NCBI GenBank assembly: GCA_030141605.1
Contig: JAQGDQ010000669.1
Location: 51,726-115,725, forward strand
Direction of reading: 5' to 3'
Origin: Tubiluchus corallicola
Lineage: Eukaryota; Animalia; Priapulida
DNA length: 64,000 bases
This document shows, piece by piece, positions 30,066-43,348 of this stretch. A program made the position numbers and the translations under genes. How positions within the stretch are numbered: the first letter of the stretch is position 1; every line of letters begins with the position of its first letter. Under the pieces are notes generated by a model that did not search any database, had not been told where the DNA came from, and saw only the letters and a program-made list of their open reading frames with translations.

Positions 30066-30359
30066 TACCGCTGTGCTCACGCATGTTGTTGTTCGTCATA
30101 AACTAACCCAGCTGAACTGAAATGTACAGCACCTGCTTTTTGTGCAATGTGTTTCCGAAATGTAGGCGCTAGTGCCCGTCTAACTAGCGAATGGCGAAAT
30201 GCATGTTACCACCAAGAATTAGTGACGGGAACGCGAAATTGTTTCTGTGTGGTAATAATTCTTCCACACAAGTCATTTTTGAAAAAAATAGTTTGTTTCC
30301 TTTCAATATTTTTCAGCAGATTGTTTTGATCTACAGTTTAAGATTGGGTCCGGTTTGCT
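30066..30359 (-). mobile_element. Family B element, partial
   Basis: Homology to family B; terminus GGGTCCGGTTTGCT-TTAA. Confidence 0.72.
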
Positions 30360-30779
30360 TTAACAAATTGAGATTTTGATTCATTCATACCAAACAGATG
30401 GCGCTGTTTCTTGCTATTATAACGAACTTTCATTTTAAGCAGTAATTTTTGTGCAGTAAGTAATGACTTCCAGTGACAGGGTACACCGGCTACACCCTTT
30501 GCAAAGATTTTTAGTCAAAGTTCAGAATGCTTTTAAGCTGTTATCACCTGCAGATTTGCCAATAAAAAATTGGATGCTTCTTTCAGGTTTCAGCGCCCGG
30601 GGGTTTAAGCAGTATGATTAAAAATATTAGCTGGCCAGTATATTAGGTAGGCGGTACTCATGTCTTTCATTATCAACTCATACGCATGCGTGAACTTTTA
30701 CTAAAACACGCGCCGACACCTAATTCGGTGGCACAGACCTTATCTATTCATCTGTTCACCCCTTAAAATCTTCGAATAC

Positions 30780-31299
30780 CAATATTGCCGAATTGTAACT
30801 GCGGATTTCGATTTGAGTCTGTTGAACACTTTTTGTTGCACTGCCCATTGTATCAACTAGCTAGGGTTGTTATGTTTGATAAGTTAAATGAAATACTTCT
30901 GCCTGAAAACCTTCATATAGCTACCTTAGGAACTAATGATCTGTTGAAGTTGTTATTATTCGGAAAAGATGAATTTAACTATGTTGCTAACTGTAAAATA
31001 TTCCAATGTATACATGACAATATATTACGTACTAAACGCTTCCAGTAGTTTCTATCTGATACGAAATGCATCAGTCTTAAATATTCGTTCATTAATATTT
31101 TCTAACCGTCATTTTCTACTAATATCTAATGTATTCTTGTAGTAAAACTTGTCAGCTTGTGTAGTTATAGTCTATTCTTACTGTAAATGTTCTTGTAAAT
31201 AGTGTTTAAAGTCTGTTGTGGCGAGGATCCTAAATCATGTTGTTCAAACTGTCTGATCCAATCCTATAATAAATTATATATAAACTAAGCTAAACTAAA
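30780..31299 (+). mobile_element. CR1-type LINE 3' end (ORF2 C-terminus, 3'UTR, TAAAC tail)
   Basis: CNCG..ESVEHFLLHCPLY..R..LLLFG..N..IF..I..TKRF is a typical invertebrate CR1 C-terminus; the 3'UTR recurs at 48165. Confidence 0.8.
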
Positions 31300-31689
31300 A
31301 TCTTCGAATATTTTCTCAAGATACTACTTTCAAGAAAACGTTAAACGTCTGTGCTAAATTACAAAATTTAATATGCAAGCCAATTTAACTAAAGGTAATA
31401 ATAATCATTGAAACAGAATTCCTACATATATATTATAAAGTGAGAAAAGCATCCAAAATCAAGAAAGATGTTGCATCACAAAAAGAAGAGACCGGGCTGG
31501 AAAACTAGGGACCTATTTTAATGCAAAAATGGCTCAAACACCAATTGGAGTTTATTAGTAAGCTTCACCACTTGATCAATTTCTAAAATATAGTAGATCA
31601 CTGCAAAGTTAGCTGCTTGGAACAGATTTCTTGTACAAAGATCCAAATGGACACAAAAAAAGTGAGATTCACGTATTTTTTTGTTCAAG

Positions 31690-32105
31690 TTACAAAAACA
31701 GTTTACGCCTTTTTACAAAAATAGTGTATGCCTTTTGCAAAAACGGTGTATGCTTTTTATAGAAATAGTACATGCTTTTTACAAAAATAGTGTCTGCTTT
31801 TCACAAAAATTGTGTATGGTCTTTACAGAAATAGCATTATATGTTTTTTATAGAAACTGTGAGTGCTTTTTAAAAAACTAGCGCATACTTTTTTAAAAAA
31901 ATGGTGTATGATTATTGCAAAAATCGTGTATGCCATTTACAAAAACTGTGTATGCTTTTTATAAAAACAGTTTGCCTTTTACAAAAATAGTGTATGCCTT
32001 TTTCAAAAACGGTGTATGCTATTTACAAAAACAGTGCATGCCTTTTGCAAAAAGTGTGCTTGGTTTTTACAAAAATAGTACATGCCATTTACAAAATAGT
32101 GCATG
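31690..32105. repeat. Degenerate ~21-bp tandem repeat
   Basis: ACAAAAATAGTGTATGCCTTTT-like units. Confidence 0.8.
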
Positions 32106-32289
32106 TTTTTTTCTTTTGCTAGAACGAATGATAGGTTTATCATACGAAATCACAGAAAAAAAAACAGTGGTTCATGGGCAGTAATAATTATAATAATTTC
32201 GTTAAGGACCTTGTCCAGGAAAAACACCACAAGTAACTCAATATTTATTACCAATTTGCTCAGATTATTACTATCCGCTTAGCAATAAA

Positions 32290-32442
32290 CCTATAATTTC
32301 GATAAACACGCGCGCTTGGTCGAAGAACCAGGCGGTACCCTTTTTAATTTATTGATAACCTAATGGTAAGTCGCGGTCGGGAGCTGAACCCGCGACCTCC
32401 CGGCTAGGAAGCGCGCACGCTACCATTGACCTACATCCCGGC
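32290..32442 (-). mobile_element. tRNA-derived SINE (possibly tRNA-Arg CCT-derived head)
   Basis: Minus strand GCCGGGATG TAGGTCAATGG (A box)..TTCCTAG..GGTTCAGCTCC (B box), no acceptor stem, then body AATTAAAAAGGGTACC. Confidence 0.7.
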
Positions 32443-33397
32443 AAAACGGATTTCCTCCTTCTATCGGGGACCAAACAAAATAGCTACATTTTCAGACCAC
32501 AATTCTTTATTACGCAGTATAAAAATGCCGCTTTGATCCTCATGATTTACGCTAACTCGAAAATTATTGTCAGTAATCGACTATTAAGAAACTCAATGTG
32601 CACTTGAATAGGTATTTGTGTACATACGGTGCGTGTGCTACATAGAAATTGCCCATTTTAGAACCTAATTTTATGGAACAAACAAGTTATAAGGGGATTA
32701 CGTGCTGCTAATTTATGGCGCAGTTAATAGGATATAATAGAATGAAAATACAGAGAAACAGGAATTCGTCAGACTTGAAAATTTCGAACAAACTCTTTTC
32801 ATATCTGGGCGTTGTTTCTTTTATAGCATTTTTCAAAGTTTATGTACAGATTGTATTACACGCAAATGACTGTTTTAGTGAAAGTAGTCAAAAATAGAGG
32901 TTTTAGGTTACTCGCAACTGATAGCGTCAGCGAAAGTTAGCCAAAAATGGGCATTTTTGGTTATATGGTATGCCCGTTGCGTCAATCGCAAGCGCAAATG
33001 GTTATCATCAGTTGTACCTAACTGGCAACATCTTAATACTGGCATAGAATTCGCTGGTGAGCTATTAGAAATGGACCAAAACATGCCTTGATTACAAGGG
33101 GCTGCATTAATGATCATGCGAATGAGCTTGCAATCCAAAGGTCTCTGGTTCAAATCAAGGCTGCAGATTTTTAATATTCCCTCTGAGTGGGATACTTTTA
33201 CCGGTTCACAGGCTCAATATATACAGTTACCCGGACTCTAGTCTTGCTGCAAATTTCAACAGTAAACAGTTTAGTCATTAAATGATTCAGGCATGTACAA
33301 AAGTGTACTAAACTCCTTTAGTACACATGGATTATAACTAATTATTAAACAATACACAGTATAATGATTAAATTTTTGTTTTTGGTTGCTTTTTCAG

Positions 33398-33856
33398 GCA
33401 GTGTACAGAAACTATCTGGTGGCTTGCAAGTGTCATGGCGTCAGCGGTTCATGCAGCCTCAAAACGTGCTGGCAACAGTTAGCTCCATTCCGCAAGATCG
33501 GTGATTGGCTGAAAGCCAAGTATGATGGCGCCACTGAGGTGCGCATAAATCGGCGCGGAAAATTACAGCTCGCCAATAAAAAATTCAACCTCCCCACGGG
33601 TGAGGATCTAGTGTACATGGACACGTCTCCCGACTACTGTAGTTACAGTCCCAAGACGGGATCATTTGGCACGAAGGGAAGGGAATGCAACAAGACGTCC
33701 CAGGGGATGGACGGATGCACTCTACTCTGCTGCGGGCGGGGTTACAACACGGAAAAGGTCGTCATGACGGAAAGGTGCGAATGTAAATTTCATTGGTGCT
33801 GTTACGTGAAATGTCAAACTTGCACAAACGTGATGGACAAGCACACGTGCAAGTAA
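33398..33856 (+). CDS. Wnt5: Wnt5 terminal coding exon
   Basis: Acceptor ttttcAG (33396-33397). Encodes [17 protein letters not shown] (palmitoleoylation motif) ..[34 protein letters not shown]-stop. Phase 0 is compatible with the previous exon. Confidence 0.96.
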   Translation, partial: AVYRNYLVACKCHGVSGSCSLKTCWQQLAPFRKIGDWLKAKYDGATEVRINRRGKLQLANKKFNLPTGEDLVYMDTSPDYCSYSPKTGSFGTKGRECNKTSQGMDGCTLLCCGRGYNTEKVVMTERCECKFHWCCYVKCQTCTNVMDKHTCK

Positions 33857-34389
33857 ACAAGTGAACAGTAAAACTCTACGCAACATGGTGCCCGCTTCGC
33901 AGAATTTGCATCTGTCTTAAAAACAATCTTTCGATCACTAGGACATTTGGCTGCCATTTTGAACACAGTGACCACCTCAGATGATAGTGATGCTTCAGTT
34001 GATTCTACAATTCACTTAAATGGCACAACCAAGTTATAAAGTCGCGTTAATTATTACTTTTTTACGCCGTAACGTCTTGCATTGATCACAAGTAGGACCA
34101 GGGATGTCTCCCTTTTTTTCGCAGACGTCCCTAGGCCCTGTTTGAAATTACGACATACTGGAATTAAGCGGCTACGCCATTTTACCCTTTTCTACCATTA
34201 CTAAATGGCATTATGGTTTGGCCTTATATTTGTAGCCTTCTCCTTCTGAAACAAAATGTATTTTTTCAATCAAACCTATAAAATTATTATCTAAGTCCTA
34301 ACTCCACTAGCTTCTAGGCCTAGTCATATTAATTTATAGATAGTGAGAATTTTTATAAGGTTCAAACACAGCAACAAAAAATTAGGTTA

Positions 34390-35130
34390 AAGGCACTTGA
34401 CTTTGAAAAGCACAACTATGAGCAAACTGAGCATCGAAGGTCAACATTAGATGTGCTTGACCTTGAAAGTTCCTACTATAAATGCTCTGCAATGAAGATG
34501 AACGTTAAATGCACTTGACCTATGAAACTTAGTACTAGATGCAGTAGTGCTTGGAACTTACTACTATGAACACTGAACAAGAAACATCAATGTTAAATGC
34601 TGTTGACCTTGAAATTTACTACTATAAACACTCAAAAAGGAAAATCAATGTTAAATGCAGTTGACCTTGAAATTTACTACTATAAACACTCAACAAGGAA
34701 AATCAATGTTAAATGGATTTGACCTTGAAATGTACTACTATAAACACTCAACAAGGAAAATCAATGTTAAATGGATTTGACCTTGAAATTTACTACTATA
34801 AACACTCAACAAGGAAAATCAATGTTAAATGGATTTGACCTTGAAATTTGCTACTATAAACACTCAACAAGGAAAATCAATGTTAAGTGGATTTGACCTT
34901 GGAATTTACTACTATAAACACGCAACAAGGAAAATCAATGTTAAATGAACTTGACCTTGAGATTTACTACTATAATCACTTGGCAACGAAAATCAGGGTT
35001 AAACGTTAAAAAACGCACTTGACCTTAAAACTTACTACTATGGACAAATTGAGTAATGAAGGTCAAGGCAAAATGCATTTGACCTTGAGAATTACCACTA
35101 TGAGCAAACATAAGCAATGAAAATTCGGGT
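34390..35130. repeat. 58-bp minisatellite downstream of the Wnt5 stop
   Basis: Unit TTGACCTTGAAATTTACTACTATAAACACTCAACAAGGAAAATCAATGTTAAATGGAT; about 12 copies, homogeneous in the centre and diverged at the edges. Confidence 0.9.
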
Positions 35131-36755
35131 TAAATGTACTCGAAAATTACGACAGTCTATGTAATCTTTATTCGCAAAATGCTGTATACGTTTTAAAAAC
35201 TGCATTTAAAAAACAATAACAACAACAATACTCAGAACAAAATCAAAACAAGAACAAAACATTAAATCTCTAACATGTCATACAAGCAATACCGTCAGTT
35301 CAAAGCGTGTGCTTGACTATGCATACAGCCCCTATTCCGTTTAATACATTATTTCATTAAACAACAAATATTTCATTGTTATTTGACCTTCTTTTGCTCA
35401 GTATAATTCGAGTTTACGCTTTGGACTTTTATCTACATAAGTGGAATTATTGGCAGGTTATGCTGCATTTAAGACAAATTTTAATTTGCCTATCAACTAA
35501 GAAAAATAAATGCAGAACTTTCGTAATCTAAACAGACATAATTATGTTTATGCATTGTCACGTCGGTACGCAATAATTGTTGTTAGCATTAAGGCTCCAT
35601 TCTGGATTTTTTTAAATTTAACCCTTTTAAATACGAGTGATTAGTAGTTATAATAATGATAATAATATATGCATGTATATAAGCACATATAACTGCTAGG
35701 TTTGTTTACATATAATAACTATTTTGTAGATATAAATATTTATTGTTGGTTAGGCAGTAGAAAACCATTATAGAGTTATTTTTGAAAAGAATATGCATCA
35801 CCTTATTGGTGGGTTTTGTGAACTTCTCATTAACAGACTTTATTTTATTTTCAAAAACTAGCAATAACATTGTGTGTGCATCTGTGCCTCCTTTAGTTAA
35901 ACGTAAAGTTTCATAGTTCACTAGGCATGCAAAGCAAGAAAAGGCATATTCTACGTAAGTCATAGTTTTGATATTCCTATAAAAAAGAAATATTCTTTAT
36001 AATCATATGGAAAATAAGCCTTTCGCTATAAAGCAATTACATAAACTATAAAAGTCGAGTGAAACGTACTTTAGTCTTTGCGAAGGGTCCTGGAAGATCC
36101 TAGATTAGGAAAAATCCAATAGGATTCATTAAAGATAAAATTTTCAAGTAAGGCGTGTGTTTAAGCTCAATTTTTATCAAGATTTTTATCCGGTGTTATA
36201 AAACGTCGCAACAGGTGGCAGCACAAACCTAGCTATAAGTATATTATATTCCATCAGCAATATTCACTGTTACGTACTACTATAGTGATTTTGCAAATAT
36301 CCATCACAATTTAATTTTTGTTTAGCCATACTTCCTGTTAACCGAAAGAAGGCAATGCCTTATTCACCTTTTGACTTAATAATTATACTGTATTTCGTTT
36401 GTAAATAGTTACAAAATCATTTTTGTATAAGCCTGAAACTAACATAAACTTGCTTTCATTGTTCTCGCTAGCATTTTAGAACACTCACACGTGCAGTAAC
36501 AATGAGCACTGTTTAAGCGAATTTTTGATTTCATGGCACTAACTAAAATGATTTAACTTTGTCATATTTTTTTCAGTTTCGCTGCTAACAAACACAACCG
36601 GTTTTCATAGACAAAACTCTGTCTGCTTTAGTTTGAACGACAATAGATCTTAGAATGTTGACCTAAAATTATTTACTGCTTCACAATTCACATTTATATC
36701 TGTATACTAACACTCATGTTATGTCATATCTAGTCTATTCTCTGCTTTTCTTTTG

Positions 36756-37045
36756 TCTTCTCTTCTCTTCTCTTCTCTTCTCTTCTCTTCTCTTCTCTTC
36801 TCTTCTCTTCTCTTCTCTTCTCTTCTCTTCTCTTCGCTTCGATTCGATTCGATTCGACTCGACTCGACTCGACTCGACTCGACTCGACTCGACTCGACTC
36901 GACTCTACTCTACTCTACTCTACTCTACTCTACTCTACTCTACTCTATTCTATTCTATTCTATTCTATTCTATTCTATTCTATTCTATTCTATTCTATTC
37001 TATTCTATTCCATTCTACTCTACTCTACTCTATTCTATTCGACTC
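36756..37045. repeat. Compound pentanucleotide array
   Basis: (TCTTC)n GCTTC (GATTC)n (GACTC)n (TACTC)n (TATTC)n. Confidence 0.95.
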
Positions 37046-37109
37046 TAATGTATCTTCAGTTGCACCTATAACATGCCACACAATAAGTAGAGGCTGCAGA
37101 GTAATCAAC

Positions 37110-37190
37110 TGTGTGTACATATTGTGAAATGAATAATAAAGTTTGCATGAAAACGACGTTGTTGCAGTCAGATCTTGTTTCTGTATTCTT
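37110..37190 (+). terminator. Candidate Wnt5 polyadenylation site (would give a ~3.3-kb 3'UTR)
   Basis: TGTA upstream, AATAAA at 37135-37140 and a GT/T-rich tract downstream. Alternative AATAAA hexamers exist (e.g. ~35505). Confidence 0.3.
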
Positions 37191-38099
37191 CATTGTTGGC
37201 AGATTTAAATAAAACTTGTTGTACGTGAATGAAACGTAAAATCAAAAATTGCCTACGTTGCCCTGCTTTAACCGCAAGATATTCATCATCAGCAGTACAA
37301 TGCCCATTAAGTTTATCGTAAATTCAAACTTTCGTAACAATTTATAAGGTTTTGGCTTTATGAATATGGTTGGTGGCGCCATCTGTTCGAACTTGGCATA
37401 GTTTTTTAAATTGCATTATTCAACCGGTCCAATTTAGGCCCTATAAGAAAACAGTAATAAAGGAAAATTTGTATGTAAAAAGTAAATTTTTGCATCGGTA
37501 ACATTTGCAGACACTGTAGCAAATTAAAGATCATTTACATATATTGAGTTATCTATCAAACCGAATGTCAGGGACACTGATGTTGTAGCACATTGTCAAC
37601 AGATGGAAGCACCTTACGCCTAAATATAACAGTACCTTATAAATGTGTCATGATGGCATTATAACTAAAAATTTAAGCTTAAACTAAAAGAAAGGAACAA
37701 CTGCAGACTATGCTCCAGAAAGCTTCGACATTTTACCCTTCAGTCCTTCAAACGATCCAACAACATTACAATCCATTATTTTAAAAAAATATTACTTTAA
37801 TCCATTATTTTATAAGAATGCCAACACACTTTCAACTAAATTTAGTTCGAAAGCTAAAAGCGAACATCACCAAAGTCGTGCAGGATGTTTAAAAAAACCT
37901 TCGTCCGCCAACTGCAATATTTATTGCTGTGTCATGGCACACTTACGATTTTCACCGAACAACTTGAAGACGTTGTAGCCATCTATAAACTACTATAAAC
38001 TATAAACTAATATAAACTAAGCTATAAGCCTACGGCATTAATCAAGCAGCTGAAAGATCCACTTCTTTTATAGTGCCTGGTCAATGTCCATGACCTTAG

Positions 38100-38753
38100 A
38101 GCACAAGAAAACCCTCCACTTACTTAAAGCTTAAAAAAAGTCGTCTTGAAATTTTGTACCACTTACATGTTACATACGGCTTGCGTGGACAGTAACGCTG
38201 TATAAAACTTGTAACTTCCGCGACGACCGTTAGACGCAGCCATTTTGACAATAAGTCATTTGAAACAAGTTTAGATAACGCCCAGTAAAGTTTGAGAAAC
38301 TAATCAGAGCATCCGAAGCGCACACGTCACTAAATAAGTAACATTTTTAATTACAGCATCTTGTTAACAAGATTAAAAACGTTTTTTTAATTAGTGAGTG
38401 GTGCACCCTGGAGGTGAGTCAACGACATTTTACCATTTAGCGAAAATATTTTGAATAATTAACAATTTTCTTTTCTAGTTACACAAATCTTTCAAGCGAA
38501 ATGCTAAGTACTATAACTTTGCATGGAAAGCCTTTGGGACATAGTTGAACATTCCATCTTCTTCCCTGATTTAAGCTGTGCGTATATGACGTCATGTAAT
38601 GGTGCGGTCGTAACAGTATTACGGAAGATTTAAATTGAAAGAGCAAAAACCTTTTCAAAGCAAGTACGATCTACGCCCAAAATTGCTATAAAGTAATATA
38701 ATTTTTTAAGGGGATTTTTCTGAAAACTACTTCAGGTCCCGCTTTCTTGTCCT
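38100..38753 (+). mobile_element. Family A Kolobok-like element, full length
   Basis: Termini AGCACAAGAAAA..TTTCTTGTCCT (imperfect TIR) with TTAG/TTAA flanks. Confidence 0.82.
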
Positions 38754-38800
38754 TTAAAGCCATTTTTGAGACGTGCTGTAAAATTTCTCTCCCTCCCCAA

Positions 38801-39416
38801 AGCAATACTGAACCCAATCTTAAACTGTAGGTCAAAACAATCTACTCTTTAAAATATTGAAAGGAAACATATTATTTTCTTCAAAAATCAAACACGTGAG
38901 AGAATTATTACCACAGAAACGCAATTTCACGTGCGCGCCACTAGTTCTTCGCTGCTACATGCATTTCGCAATTCGCTAGTTAGACCGGCACTAGCGCATG
39001 CATTTCGGAAACGCATTGCACACAAAATAGATGCAATACCTCTCAGTTCAGATGTGTTAGTTTCTGACGAACTACATGCGTTTGGCACCTCATGCGTGGT
39101 AAATTTGAAATTTGAATTTTTATCTTAAAACTTGCCTAGTTTTAGCACAACACACTGAATATTAAGACTCACAGTAACGTTGTACTTCAATTTTCGCTTT
39201 CGCAAACACAAGCAACACACTCGCGGAATATTTTTGCTGTTGAAAATTATGTTAGCTTGTGATATCATCAATAGTTGGGCTCGCCGGCCCTTAAATAAGC
39301 TTTTGATCTATTGTTAAATTATTAGAAACGATTTCGCAGTACTAATTGTGTTAAAATGTATACTTTTTGTCAGACTTGAAAATGGAGTAGTATATGAAAA
39401 ATCACCCGGTCCTCCT
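38801..39416 (+). mobile_element. Family B element, full length
   Basis: AGCAATACTGAACCC..CCCGGTCCTCCT-TTAA. Confidence 0.78.
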
Positions 39417-40322
39417 TTAATGTTGCTACACTCTCTCTGCGGACAAACGTCTAGAAAGTCTTACACTTCCTGTATATTCATTTTCTGATTATACCAATCG
39501 ATCAAATCGCACATTTGCTAGAAGAAAAAAGTTGGCAGAAGAAAATCGAACAGATGACACACGCTTTGTAAGTTGCTGTTTTTGGGCAAAATCGAGTAAC
39601 TAATGTATATGTGAGCGCCTCGAGGGCAACAATCCGAGTTATGTACAGCAAAAACGATCTGTTCGTCTGGTTTAGATGAATCCCAGACTTGTATTTACTC
39701 AAGATATCGATCATACTCACAAAACACGTCAGTTTCATTATTTCAAGGCGTCTCCAAGAATTGGCAAACCGCGAGGCGGATTCATGCCATTCAATTCAAT
39801 AACAACTAAAATTTACACGTTAAGTGATATTTTTCTTGACAGATGGCGCGACCAGAAAGTATTTATGGCAATCGATAATAATTAGAAAACTAAACTTTAG
39901 TAACAATGGGAGAAGGATAATGCACAATCCTAACTAGGAATGGTATTTAGACTATTTTTGAAAACAATAAATAATTCAGTCCATTCCCTTAATATATTCA
40001 GTATTCCTTCCCCGTGAATATCACCACTAATAATCGATATTCGTTCACCAGGCAGCATTTAGACGTACATTGCGTTTCGGGAAAAAATTATTACAACGAT
40101 CAAATAACTAATAAATACTTGCAATTTCGTAATTCATTTAAAAATCTTCACTTCTACAAAGCCGTAAATATCGACGCGTCAAATTTATTGTGAATCTACG
40201 AACTTATTTATTTATTTAGTTGTAAAACAAAAAAAGAATTTGCGCAGCAAACTAGAATAACGCACGTCACAACGCGTAATGCAAGTTTAGCTGATTTTCC
40301 TCAAAACGATGTTTGTTTTACA

Positions 40323-40865
<543 letters not shown>

Positions 40866-41842
40866 GTTTTACAAGTCTGTTGTTCCCACTAGCCTCTGCG
40901 ACAAAATGGTACTAACGTCACGTGACGAGAAATGAAAATAATTTTTTCGCAAAACTCTTTGTACGGAGAAAGGATAAGGCTTTTATAAAATAGCCATTCC
41001 ATTCTATTTTACTTCATCTCTTCGCGCTAAAAAACCTAAAGATCTCACTTTCTGGCATTAGACTCGCAACGTTTTGCAATGTAAAAACGGAACCTCACGA
41101 CACACGCATTGATTTTCTACAGCTGCTATTGAAGTCTATAGGTAACTTTATCACGATTTAAAATTCTATTTAAAAAAGTCACCACCCACTGTCGTAAATG
41201 TTTCACTGATTTACGACTGACTTTTCATTCTTCAATGACCTAGAGAACGCAGCCAAGAAATTTTATTGTTATGCATCATTGTCATGGATACGCCCTGCAC
41301 ATGCGTCAGCTGAATGTTGATATCCGTCATGATTGAATATGGAACCACAGAGAAGAGACTTTTTTTCTGAGACTGACGAAATAAAATGACGGGGAACAGA
41401 AAATGGCCGTTAATCCAGAAATACTGTGGAACACTAGCATAGCCCAAGACAATAAGAACTTAGCTTAATATATAGTACCATAAATTATAGAATTATATAA
41501 ATTAGGCCTGAAAATTCTGCCTATATATACACCTATAATTTATATAGATTTTGAAGTAAGCGCATTGTCTAATGATTATACATTGAGAATGGTCTTTAAA
41601 ATTGTGCTGCTGTGACAAAGTATTATTGCGAATAGCTTATTGCTGATAAAAAGTAAGTTAGATCTACCGTCAGACAAATTATACATAATTATACCAGAAA
41701 CTGGAAAATTTCACTATGACTGTGACTGACTTCGGGCTGCAGCTAGCCAGGCCCGACGAGAGTGGGGGCAGGGGGTCAGTACCCCAGTGTCTAGGGGCCC
41801 CGGGAAGATTAAAGGCGCAACAAGGTTTTATATAGCTAGAGC

Positions 41843-42235
41843 CAGGGCCTATTTCAAGGGGGGAAGAGAGGATACTTCCCCGGGGCCTCACCCTCCAGGG
41901 GGGCCTCGCGCCAAGGTAACATTTTTTTGCTTTATGCGAACATACTCCCTCTCTCTCTCCTCTCTCTCTCTCTTGCCGCACGCCAGTATTGACAAGTATT
42001 AAGGACTAGTCTTGAGAATAAAGCAGTTTTTCTTTCAATTGTTCTTTCCTCTAACAACTGTATAACTCCATATTTTCTCTTTGAAAATGCTTCTCCGGAG
42101 TTCTAGCAGTTCAAAAATTTTCTGGGCGCCAACCATGGTAGCGCCCGCCCCCGGCGCTTCGCTGCCCCCCCCCCCCCCGATGGGGCCTCACACGCCCCAC
42201 TTCCCCGGGCCTCGCCTAGGCTGAAATAGGCCCTG
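41843..42235 (-). mobile_element. hAT-like MITE, copy 2
   Basis: Same TIR; perfect 8-bp TSD GCTAGAGC (41835-41842, 42236-42243). Confidence 0.9.
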
Positions 42236-43251
42236 GCTAGAGCTGTTAAAGTTTTTCTTTTTCATAAACTTGTGTACGTGGATCAGCCATTTCTTTTTGG
42301 CTTTTTTCTAGCTTTTTCTTCATCATTAGTACTTTTTTGATTGGTGGAGTCATTGGAAATAATGGGGAATTAGATCGTTCACAAAACTTGACGAAGTTGA
42401 GAGTTTTACTTTTTACTTTAGTTAATTAAAAAATATATATGAATTTTCAGATTTTTGTTTTGCTTATAGTCATCACAGTATCAATGTATTGGGTTCTTAT
42501 AGTATAACGTTAATAGTGTCATTCCTGTGTTTAGTTCAGATTTATGAAATGTTTTTCCACCTCAGCCCACCTGAAGTGGGGCCCTTGATGCTTGCTACCC
42601 TGAAGCCAGTATTGGCCCACTAGCTTTCAATGACCCAGGGCTGCTTAGACGTGTGCTACAATGATAATTATTGGTGAATTGAATGGTAAAATAAAATTAT
42701 TATACTGTCATCCAGTATACACAAGACGTTATTCGCGGTTCTTGGGTCCCAAGTTCAAATCTTGCACAAACGGCTCAGTAGACTTGCTACTTACACCGGT
42801 TACACGTACGCGTTTTATAAAAATTATAATTCTGAACAATAATTCAGAATTGTGCTGAATAATCCGACCTAGAAGATTTATTCCGAATCAAGAGAATAGA
42901 CCTACTGCGGTCAAATTTTAATAAGAAAGAAATCTTTATTTTGTAGTGAAATCACAACTTGGCTATAATGAAATAAACACTATTGATAATTATGACAAAA
43001 CAAGCCAAAACAGCCACGTACATCTCTTTAACAACCTTCTGATCGAAGATGAAAATCAGCCTGTACCTGTACCCTATGCTAAATTCCCCAAGCAAACCTG
43101 TTTCGCCTCTTAAATAAAACATTCTGGGTTTATACCACGTCGCCTACTTCGCTACACACTGCCTATAGTCCTATACACTGTAATTAATGTTTGACCTCTA
43201 CAGTATGTGTCTGCCACTAGCTCAGCTAGAGTGAAACTTGTGTTATCTGTT

Positions 43252-43300
43252 TAGTCACGTGACGTCATACAGCAAGACGGAGTAGTCACGTGACTTGACG
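43252..43300. promoter_or_regulatory. FBXL14 proximal promoter candidate: two GTCACGTGAC E-boxes and an overlapping CRE
   Basis: GTCACGTGAC at 43254-43263 and 43285-43294, TGACGTCA at 43260-43267, in a CpG-rich patch 55-95 bp upstream of the ATG. Confidence 0.6.
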
Positions 43301-43348
43301 CGCGGCCCGCTGTACAGTAATTCACACTCAGTTTGGCGTGCGCGCAAG

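Noticed and set aside
32370-32442. Functional tRNA gene
   Set aside because: No acceptor-stem pairing and a SINE-like body follows; the same applies to the other A/B-box remnants.
41748-42643. Older hAT MITE enclosing the 41843 element
   Set aside because: The left end CAGGCCCGACGAGAG looks TIR-like, but no matching right TIR or TSD could be confirmed.
43295-43348. N-terminal extension of FBXL14 from TTG
   Set aside because: Eukaryotic gene; the ATG at 43349 has good context, and the upstream stretch abuts the promoter motifs.
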